The notes beneath the pieces were generated by a model, which saw nothing but the letters and a program-made list of their open reading frames with translations, had not been told where the DNA came from and searched no databases. The position numbers were made by a program, and so were the translations under genes. From a virus (lineage: Duplodnaviria; Caudoviricetes): DNA of 39,852 bases. The DNA lies in the IMG/VR virus record IMGVR_UViG_3300037467_000579, positions 1 to 39,852 of that record; one strand, 5' to 3'. This document shows, piece after piece, positions 32,969-39,852 of this stretch (its first letter is position 1; every line of letters starts with the position of its first letter).

Positions 32969-35089
32969 TTAAATATGTTCGGTTTCGTTGGATTTTTCGC
33001 GCAATTGCGCATCTTCTCTATCAGCCTGCTTTTCAAACTGAGCGGCATCGAGTTTTGCCTTCAACAATTCCACCATGCCGCGAATCTCAGCGACATTTTG
33101 CGCTGTTAGTGCCTTCGTCTCAGTGTCATGGCGCGATGTCGCTGTACGAGCGGCAACGTCACGCTTCCATCCAGCATCTTCCGTTTCGATGTCGTGAGCC
33201 TTGACCGCCAATCGCATGTGTTCGCGCTGTGTCTCCGCATTTTCCTGTAGCTGCACGAGGCCAGCTTTTAGCTTGATCTCCTGCGCAGCGGCTTGCAGTT
33301 GCTGCTGTGCCTGCCGCAATTGCGATTGCAATTGTTTGATGAGCATTTGCGCTTGCGGCGGTATGTCAGATTGTTTGTCAATCTGCGACAGCGGGTTCGC
33401 GGCAGCCATGCGATCAGCAAGCGCCTCCATGCCTGGCGCGTCATACAGCCGCACAACCAAATCGCCACCGATCTTCGCTATTTCCTCACCCATCGGACCC
33501 TGCATCAATCCGCTGAAGGCATCAATTGCCTCCATGCGCTTGGTGTTGTAGCCAGGACCAACGTCCATTTCAACATCGTATTGCCCTATCGTTACGTCAT
33601 TGAGGATGCGCTCTACTGCTTGTCCGGTTTCATCCTGTACCTGCTGCGGCTGGTTGACTGTTACGAGGTCCGGCTTTCCATCATCACCGATGATGCGCAT
33701 TACGCGCTCGGTATCAACCACCTTGGGCACCAGATCAAGAATGATCCGTCCTGTGTGCTTGATGGAGTTCGTTAGATTGTCGTAGTAATGGAAATTGGAA
33801 TTGTCCGATTGCATCTGCTCGGCGCGAATCGCCTTTCCGGACTGCGGCTGAGTATTGCGAATCGCTGGGTCAAACATGCCCATGACCTTTTGCAGATTGT
33901 TCGACGCAGCCATTGCCGCCTCAATCACTCCTGCTGGCGGCGGTTCTGGCTGTAAGCGCATAGGCTGTGGCGCGTCTCTACCGTCAATGTCAGTCTGCTT
34001 GTAACGCAATACCGGACGAGCAGCTGTATTTGCCTGCGCCCACTCCGATTCGTGGCCTTCGTCCTGCCCTTCTGCCATCAGCCATTTTGCCTTCGGCGCG
34101 AGCGCAATGCTTTCAGTCAGCGCTGACTGCCAGAAGTTGACCATGCGCTGTGGGTCTTTCGCATTACGCACCAATCCCATACGGCGCAACTTGCCATCGA
34201 TGATGATCTGCGTACCATAGACTGGCACAACAGGAATCCATCTACCTGGCCACTTCTTCTCTTCCAGCACCTCCGAAGCCGTCACCTTGCGCCACATAAC
34301 AGAGCGGCGGAAGCTGTCGCGGTCTCCTATTACTTCGACGCCGGCACGAATAAGCACCTCAGACGGGGGCATTTGCGATGCGTACAGAACCGATTTGTCC
34401 GACAGCATCACCAATTTGTCTCTAACCAGATCAACACAGAAATATTCCGCGATCCGAATGTCGTCCTTCGTTACCCATTCCGCGCTCAAATCTCCAGCAC
34501 CACGAGCCGTGAATTGGGTGTCATCTGCGCCCGGATAAAGCTTACGGAATTGTGACAGCGGGAGCATGTCCGCAATGAGACACTTCTGCGCATCTGACCC
34601 ATCCGGCAATACGCTGTTGTTATCGAAGTAGACAGAAAACGGATTTTGAATCGAGCGGATGAAAATGTCCTGATCGAACGAGTCTTCGCGCACGTAATCA
34701 GTCACCACGCGCCAGTAACCAAAGCCCATTGTTGCCGCGAAATCGAATGCAATATCGTAGGCATTGTCTGCGTTGCTGTTGACCTCAATATGGCGCGTAA
34801 TTCCTGTCAAAACCTCAGCTATTTTCGGATCAGCGATGTCGTTCATCGCATGAACCTTGATGCGCGGCCTCTGCTGCCGCTGGTTGTTGGTTACTTGGCG
34901 GATGTACGAATCCGTCTCGTTGATGGTCAAGCAAGGGCGCGCTTCGAGATGGCGGCTATTCTGTATTTCAGTTGGCCATTGATCGCCATAGCGGAAACGC
35001 AGATCGTCCAGTGCATCGGCACGGTTGCCGCTCTCGGCATCCATTACCTGCTGCAAGAACTCTACTGCGTCGCGTGGTTCAAATGCCAT
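32969..35089 (-). CDS. Portal protein (P22-like)
   Basis: GDQWP, RPCLTIN, GLVRNAKDPQRMVNFW, SGKAI, C-terminal Q-rich barrel helix. Confidence 0.93.
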   Translation of the reverse strand: MAFEPRDAVEFLQQVMDAESGNRADALDDLRFRYGDQWPTEIQNSRHLEARPCLTINETDSYIRQVTNNQRQQRPRIKVHAMNDIADPKIAEVLTGITRHIEVNSNADNAYDIAFDFAATMGFGYWRVVTDYVREDSFDQDIFIRSIQNPFSVYFDNNSVLPDGSDAQKCLIADMLPLSQFRKLYPGADDTQFTARGAGDLSAEWVTKDDIRIAEYFCVDLVRDKLVMLSDKSVLYASQMPPSEVLIRAGVEVIGDRDSFRRSVMWRKVTASEVLEEKKWPGRWIPVVPVYGTQIIIDGKLRRMGLVRNAKDPQRMVNFWQSALTESIALAPKAKWLMAEGQDEGHESEWAQANTAARPVLRYKQTDIDGRDAPQPMRLQPEPPPAGVIEAAMAASNNLQKVMGMFDPAIRNTQPQSGKAIRAEQMQSDNSNFHYYDNLTNSIKHTGRIILDLVPKVVDTERVMRIIGDDGKPDLVTVNQPQQVQDETGQAVERILNDVTIGQYDVEMDVGPGYNTKRMEAIDAFSGLMQGPMGEEIAKIGGDLVVRLYDAPGMEALADRMAAANPLSQIDKQSDIPPQAQMLIKQLQSQLRQAQQQLQAAAQEIKLKAGLVQLQENAETQREHMRLAVKAHDIETEDAGWKRDVAARTATSRHDTETKALTAQNVAEIRGMVELLKAKLDAAQFEKQADREDAQLREKSNETEHI

Positions 35090-36349
35090 TTAGCCCATCC
35101 ATCCGATTGGTACTTCAAATGTTTTTTGAGGTTTCGCACGTCTCGGTTCTTTAACCATCAATCCGATCATGCGGAATGCATCTGCTCCATGAGAAGCCCA
35201 GTTATGTAGCGGCGTCTTGCTGAACATCTTCGTGTCAGGGTCAACCTCATATTGGTAATGGCGCAGGCACTGAATCCCATCTGCGCAGTTCTCACGATCG
35301 AACCAACATGCCCCGAAGATCGTTCTCGCCGCATTAATGCTGTCAACAATCGATGTGCGCGGTATCACGCGCACCTTTGCTCCGGTTGCCCTGACTATTT
35401 CCTCGATACTCTTGCCGTTAGCTGCAAGCGTCTTGTTTTGAGCATCATGAGGTAGCCAGTCAGTGTCAAACACATAGCCAAACTTCTGACGCTCGGCCAA
35501 GTAATGACTGATAGTTTTTTGGCTATCCTCCATGTAGCGAATCAGACGATATTCCATGCCAACCATCTGCAGGAACCAGATTGCTACGTTGTCGGCCCAA
35601 CCCAAATCCCAAATGCAGTGAACCGGCTTGCTTGGGTCGTAAGGAACATTTGTTAGTCTGTTCTCCAGCTCTGCCACAACCAGCTCATTTGCAAAGATCG
35701 CGCCGTCAACAGCTTTCCGGCACATACCCTCCCAAACATTGAGATAGGCCTGTTCGTCACGAGCCTTGAGCGCCTCCATCTCATCGCGCAGCACATTCGG
35801 AAACCATGGGTTATCTGACCAATTGATCTTCTCAACCACAGAACCAGCAGGAGGACGCAGTACAAACCGCTGATAAGTCTCGTCTTCTTCCAAGTCTGGG
35901 TTGAATGTGACCCAAATCTCCGACCCTTCCTTTCGGATAGTCGGGATTAGCACATTCCAGCTGGTTTTTGAGACTGTCTGCGCCTCTTCAACCCAGCAAA
36001 TATCAACACCCTCGAATGATTTGATCTGCGTAACGTTTGATCGAAGGCCTGCAAATGCGAACTCAGTACCATTCGCGCCTTTGATGTTTGCTTGCTGAAT
36101 TTCGTAAAAACCAGAAAGGCCAAGCGCATCAATCTGATCGGATAGCAACTTGTGTACCGAATCCTTGATCGACGCCTGCAATTCACGCGCACATAAAATG
36201 CGAAGGGGGCGATTAGCCCCCATGATCAACAACGCCCTAGCAACTCCCCAGCTTTTCGCCCCACCTCGCCCGCCGTAAAGAACCTTGTATCGGTTCGGCT
36301 TAAACAAACAAGCCAGCTTTTCGGGGAACTCAGCCGTTTGAGTTGACAA
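35090..36349 (-). CDS. terL: Terminase large subunit (PBSX family)
   Basis: YGGRGGAKSW, WVEEA, PTIRKEGSEIW.TFNP, WDLG, SHGADAFR. Confidence 0.96.
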   Translation of the reverse strand: MSTQTAEFPEKLACLFKPNRYKVLYGGRGGAKSWGVARALLIMGANRPLRILCARELQASIKDSVHKLLSDQIDALGLSGFYEIQQANIKGANGTEFAFAGLRSNVTQIKSFEGVDICWVEEAQTVSKTSWNVLIPTIRKEGSEIWVTFNPDLEEDETYQRFVLRPPAGSVVEKINWSDNPWFPNVLRDEMEALKARDEQAYLNVWEGMCRKAVDGAIFANELVVAELENRLTNVPYDPSKPVHCIWDLGWADNVAIWFLQMVGMEYRLIRYMEDSQKTISHYLAERQKFGYVFDTDWLPHDAQNKTLAANGKSIEEIVRATGAKVRVIPRTSIVDSINAARTIFGACWFDRENCADGIQCLRHYQYEVDPDTKMFSKTPLHNWASHGADAFRMIGLMVKEPRRAKPQKTFEVPIGWMG

Positions 36350-36785
36350 ACTTAACCTCGATACCAGTCAGCAAAGGAGCGCCATCTTTGCCGGTGATTT
36401 CTTGCTGCACCTTGTCGCCATATTTTTTCGGCAGCATCTTCGAAAGCGCCCACTTACGAGCATCCACTCGCAGTCTTGAGCGACCTATTACCTCTTGGTT
36501 AGTGCGCTCGTTTCCGTTCTCGTCTGTGTATGTGTCACGCGATCCATCATCGGCAATCTCAAGCATTTCCTCAAACATGCTCTCTGCTTGCACCTCTCTC
36601 GCGTGCGCGTATTGCTGCCGAAAGGCTGTATTGTCGTCATCAGCAAGCCAACGAAATACACTAGACATTCCAGGCATACCCTCAGACTTACAGATACTGC
36701 GCAGGCTTTCGCCACCTGCTATGCGAGCACATATTTCGTCCGCAATCTCTTGCGTAAATGAGCTTGGCCGACCCAAGTTACTCAT
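36330..36785 (-). CDS. terS: Terminase small subunit (Sf6 gp1-like)
   Basis: GRPSSFT, GESLRSIC, RLRVDARKW.LSK..PKKYG. Confidence 0.92.
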   Translation of the reverse strand: MSNLGRPSSFTQEIADEICARIAGGESLRSICKSEGMPGMSSVFRWLADDDNTAFRQQYAHAREVQAESMFEEMLEIADDGSRDTYTDENGNERTNQEVIGRSRLRVDARKWALSKMLPKKYGDKVQQEITGKDGAPLLTGIEVKFVNSNG

Positions 36786-36912
36786 TTGCCACCTCAATCT
36801 TCAGCTTGACCAGCTCAGCAATAGCAATTGCTTTTTCCAAATCAAACGGCGTATGAGCTGACTTGAGGCGATCAATTGCCTCATCCAGTTCTTTGCGCAG
36901 TTGGTCGCTCAT
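36778..36912 (-). CDS. Small protein (44 aa, MSDQLRKELDEAIDRLK...)
   Basis: Read manually; fills the gap between groES and terS with overlaps. Confidence 0.55.
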   Translation of the reverse strand: MSDQLRKELDEAIDRLKSAHTPFDLEKAIAIAELVKLKIEVANE

Positions 36913-37181
36913 TCAACAATCGCGGCTATGTCCGCTTCCTGCAAGATTTGGTATTTGATGCCGGCTTCCCGGTACTCTGGAAACTGAAACTCGCCATACC
37001 GCACAATGTCGCCTGGCTTTACATCAAGCGGGATCGGATTCCCGCGCTTGCTGAGCTTTCCGGGACCGACTGCAATGACTTCGCCGAGGTTGAAACGCTC
37101 ATGCAAAACGGTTTCGATGATTTGGCTTGCCTTACGCTCGATCGGCTTGACCATTACGCGGTCACGAAGCATTTTCAGCAT
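36909..37181 (-). CDS. groES: GroES-like co-chaperonin
   Basis: LRDRVMVK, GEVIAVGPGK, PLDVKPGDIV, ILQEADIAAIVE; GAGG RBS before ATG 37181. Confidence 0.9.
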   Translation of the reverse strand: MLKMLRDRVMVKPIERKASQIIETVLHERFNLGEVIAVGPGKLSKRGNPIPLDVKPGDIVRYGEFQFPEYREAGIKYQILQEADIAAIVE

Positions 37182-37191
37182 GCTGCGCCTC

Positions 37192-37221
37192 AAAATAAAA
37201 AAGCCCGCACACTGGCGGGCG
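37192..37221 (-). terminator. Intrinsic terminator upstream of groES
   Basis: GCCCGC/GCGGGC plus T6. Confidence 0.75.
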
Positions 37222-37325
37222 AATCCCAAACAACGGGAGGAGAATTCTGTGCTGCTACTTGTTCTTGAGCTTCCAGCCAAGCTGCTCTCTAACGCGGTCG
37301 TTTTTGCTCATGGCTGGCTCCTGAA

Positions 37326-37360
37326 ATGCAAAAAGCCCCGGCTCTTTCGAGGCGAGGCTT
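37326..37360 (-). terminator. tR'-like terminator
   Basis: GAAA-loop hairpin plus T5 about 30 nt after the late promoter start. Confidence 0.75.
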
Positions 37361-37397
37361 ACGTTTGCTATGGGCGTGACTTTCCACCCACACGCGA

Positions 37398-37426
37398 ATT
37401 CTTGCACATTGTTTTGAGGTTTACAA
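37398..37426 (-). promoter_or_regulatory. Late promoter pR'-like
   Basis: TTGTAA-17-AAGAAT facing the terminase operon. Confidence 0.7.
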
Positions 37427-37432
37427 GCATTT

Positions 37433-37771
37433 TTACCAAATTTTCACTGCATGAATCAGGCTCGACTCTTCGCCAAACAAATCCTTCCATCTCTGCCGGA
37501 ATTCGTTGACCTGATTAGAGAACTTATCGATTTCTTCAACGCTTGGACTCCAACCGAGCCAGCCCCCATCCCATGAGCTGTAGGCGTTATATCGCTGCCA
37601 CTCAAGACCGTGCAGATCGTTGCCATACAAGTATTCGCCAAGACCATCCTCCATCTCGGCTGAATTCTCATCAGGCAGGTCGATTCCATGTTCGCGCAAG
37701 AATTCCGCAGCCTCTTCCGGACTATCGAACTCCTTCCCGACCATCAACACTGGATCATAATCAACGCCCAT
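37433..37771 (-). CDS. Acidic hypothetical protein
   Basis: AAGGAGG RBS. Confidence 0.75.
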   Translation of the reverse strand: MGVDYDPVLMVGKEFDSPEEAAEFLREHGIDLPDENSAEMEDGLGEYLYGNDLHGLEWQRYNAYSSWDGGWLGWSPSVEEIDKFSNQVNEFRQRWKDLFGEESSLIHAVKIW

Positions 37772-37785
37772 TTCTTCCTCCTTAG

Positions 37786-38286
37786 TTAGTCAAACAACCC
37801 ACGCTTCCTCATCACCACCATCACCAGCGCCAGCGCATCCGCATATTGCCGGTTACCCGTATCGCGCCAGATCTTGGCCCGCACTTCCCGATTCCGCATT
37901 TCCGTTCCAATCGCCTGCTGCATGGGCACGGCAATCGCGTCCACGCAGAAATCGACTGCTTTCATCTCGTTTTGATAGACCCTGTCGTGCGTGAGGTCGG
38001 ATGCGTCCTCGTACTGCTTGCTGCTTTGGCTCTGCCGGCAGTAAGGGGCGATCTTCGGTGCGCCGAGATTCGGGCGGTAGAGCTTCGTCCAGCGATACCA
38101 CTCCATTAGCAGCGTGTCGGCCTTTTCTTTGTCGGTCTGTCGATCCACTTGCGCCCCCTCTCTTTTCCCAAACTTGACCCATGCAGCCGGATCGCCGTAA
38201 TACCTCGCCTCCTTCGCCCTGCTCGGCTCCGGGTTTAGCCGGCCACCGACGAAGTGCAGGGCTGGGACGTTGATTTCGTCAGTCAT
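37786..38286 (-). CDS. Putative late antiterminator/activator (Q position)
   Basis: Synteny at the end of the nin region, LLMEWYRW motif; no firm homology recognised. Confidence 0.5.
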   Translation of the reverse strand: MTDEINVPALHFVGGRLNPEPSRAKEARYYGDPAAWVKFGKREGAQVDRQTDKEKADTLLMEWYRWTKLYRPNLGAPKIAPYCRQSQSSKQYEDASDLTHDRVYQNEMKAVDFCVDAIAVPMQQAIGTEMRNREVRAKIWRDTGNRQYADALALVMVVMRKRGLFD

Positions 38287-38564
38287 TTCTTGCGCTTTGT
38301 CGCTGGCTTGTTGATTGGCTCAAGCGTTACGCTCTCCGGCGTTGTTTCGGTCTTTTCGTCTATAACAACAATTTTCACCCCAAGGTGATTCAGAAGCGCC
38401 GAGAATGCCCTTCTAATGTCTATTTGCTTTTCCGTCCGCTCAACGAACGGCATTCCCCATACTTCACCGGGCCTTTCGTCAAAGTCACCAGTGCCAACAT
38501 TCATTTGCGCTTCGACATCGGAAAGTCTTTTTTCCAGTGCCTCAATTCGTTTTTTGTTGAACAT
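38283..38564 (-). CDS. Hypothetical protein
   Basis: GAGGGGG RBS, ATGA overlap. Confidence 0.7.
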   Translation of the reverse strand: MFNKKRIEALEKRLSDVEAQMNVGTGDFDERPGEVWGMPFVERTEKQIDIRRAFSALLNHLGVKIVVIDEKTETTPESVTLEPINKPATKRKK

Positions 38565-38573
38565 AGCCCCCCC

Positions 38574-38912
38574 TCAAATATGCCGACTCGGGAACGCTTC
38601 CCGGCTCGATTGAATCTCCCTGCCCCGCTCAGCCAGCACTGCAGGCAGCGCATAGGTCTTTGGTGTGATCGGGGAGCGGCGCGGCTCTTCTTTTGGCACC
38701 TTCTTTGCCTGCTCGAACCAGTAAAGAGTCTTGCCCGCCTTCTCTGCCATGATTTCCTGTTTGTTGACGAGCCGGCTGAGTACCTTTCGCATCGTCGTTA
38801 CATGGCATTCGTAGAAATCGGCGATGTGCTGCGTATCGAATTGCTCACCTGGGCGCGCAATCAGATAAGCCAAGGCGCTATCAGTTAGGTTGCGTGTTGT
38901 TGCGATGTTCAT
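38574..38912 (-). CDS. Winged-HTH-like protein
   Basis: TQHIADFYECHVTTMRKVLSRLV...KTLYW. Confidence 0.65.
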   Translation of the reverse strand: MNIATTRNLTDSALAYLIARPGEQFDTQHIADFYECHVTTMRKVLSRLVNKQEIMAEKAGKTLYWFEQAKKVPKEEPRRSPITPKTYALPAVLAERGREIQSSREAFPSRHI

Positions 38913-39121
38913 CCCCGTTCCTCCCTCTTATCAATCGACGCAAGCTTTACAGCCAGCGCACCCTGCAATATGGATATAGCTACGTTCTGGCCGAGAGTGA
39001 ATCCGCGCATGCTGGCTGCATTTAACATGTCCATCATCACGTCAGAATCCACGCCACCAGCTGCCTTGATGGCCCTGCGATTCTCGGCGTCGCATTGAGC
39101 GACTATCTCTTCGGGAGTCAT
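38909..39121 (-). CDS. Hypothetical protein (70 aa)
   Basis: Own ATG at 39121, conserved in the allele at 183. Confidence 0.7.
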   Translation of the reverse strand: MTPEEIVAQCDAENRRAIKAAGGVDSDVMMDMLNAASMRGFTLGQNVAISILQGALAVKLASIDKREERG

Positions 39122-39346
39122 AGCTGCGGCTTTTCGGCTAGGCCGCGCCAGCATTTCAGAAGCATGCCCGGCAGCGGGCTGGGGGTTCTCGATTCGCCCC
39201 AAAGCTTCGGAAACGTTGTTATGGCCGTAATGGAATTCATTGCCATCAAAATAGTTAAACCAACGCCCACCATATGGCTCCTCTGTTTCGTACACCCCCA
39301 CATGCACCGGCTTTACCTCTGGCGGAAACCATCCTGTTTTCTTCAT
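39118..39346 (-). pseudogene. Frameshifted small phage gene (WFP..VKPVHVGVYE ... WRGLAEKP)
   Basis: N- and C-terminal family motifs lie in different frames; the WRGLAEKP frame ends in an ATGA overlap. Confidence 0.6.
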
Positions 39347-39379
39347 TTCCTTCCTCCCTCAACATAGTCTTCCAAGCGC

Positions 39380-39583
39380 TTACAGGTACCCCATCACCAT
39401 GCCCAGCGGAGCCGCAACAACACCAATACCGCGCAGCACCAACTCCCCGGTGATGTGGCCGAAGTCGGCATGGAAAAGCTTGACGACGTTTGCAATCCAG
39501 CCGTAGCCGCCGCCGACAATAACCACCAAATAGAACAGCACGACAACACCCTCTATTGTTGTGAACCCGTTTTGCTTTTTCAT
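39380..39583 (-). CDS. Small membrane protein with prepilin-like N-terminus
   Basis: MKKQNG/FTTIE plus hydrophobic helix; AAGGAG RBS. Confidence 0.75.
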   Translation of the reverse strand: MKKQNGFTTIEGVVVLFYLVVIVGGGYGWIANVVKLFHADFGHITGELVLRGIGVVAAPLGMVMGYL

Positions 39584-39584
39584 C

Positions 39585-39833
39585 TCAGTTCTCCTTTGTT
39601 GAACTGCGTTGCACTACAAAATCCTTCCAAGCATCCCGAACGCGCCCGATGTGCTCCGGCATGTCGTCCGTGATGCGCTCAATACTCCGCAACATCCCCG
39701 CTACCATCTCCCGCGAATGCAGCCTGCCCAGCAGGCGAACGCAGCAACTGACGCATCTGTAATTGACCGCAGCACCAGAACCCGTTTGCGCGGATTGGCA
39801 TAGCTTGCAGCTGATGTCGGGAGATGGATTCAT
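39585..39833 (-). CDS. Cys-rich hypothetical protein (allele of 440..676 with a different C-terminus)
   Basis: Near-identical up to RVRDAWK. Confidence 0.75.
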   Translation of the reverse strand: MNPSPDISCKLCQSAQTGSGAAVNYRCVSCCVRLLGRLHSREMVAGMLRSIERITDDMPEHIGRVRDAWKDFVVQRSSTKEN

Positions 39834-39852
39834 GGTGTTTTCGGCCTCATCG

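Noticed and set aside
1-39852. End repeats as physical direct terminal repeats of the virion DNA
   Set aside because: The copies are diverged, enclose different genes and lie in the nin region; true terminal redundancy would be identical

Overview
This window is an essentially complete, circularly permuted ~39 kb temperate phage genome in its excised form (intact attP at 17.6 kb). It has a lambdoid early region and a P22-like short-tailed virion module. The SSB sequence and the CTGT-N8-ACAG SOS box point to a betaproteobacterial host, probably Burkholderiales/Oxalobacteraceae (inference). Layout: nin/replication genes on minus (1-5286); cI, an SOS-linked ORF and moron genes (5360-8032); pL early operon with Sak4-like ATPase, SSB, xis and int on plus (8420-17532); attP matching the 3' half of tRNA-Ser(CGA); lysis, tailspike, ejection, head and terminase genes plus GroES on minus (18044-37181); a Q-like gene and further nin genes. 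Most notable: (1) the repressor has no autocleavage domain and is paired with a convergent 62-aa ORF, preceded by a LexA box, that resembles the repressor's own C-terminal helix (candidate mimic-type antirepressor switch); (2) the C5-methyltransferase locus is open in two same-strand frames over its full ~1 kb, with the motifs split between frames; (3) the two window ends are two different alleles of the same nin cassette; (4) several structured non-coding segments lie in the pL operon; (5) the phage encodes GroES and a prepilin-like micro-protein. All assignments come from motif recognition and synteny by eye; no searches were run.
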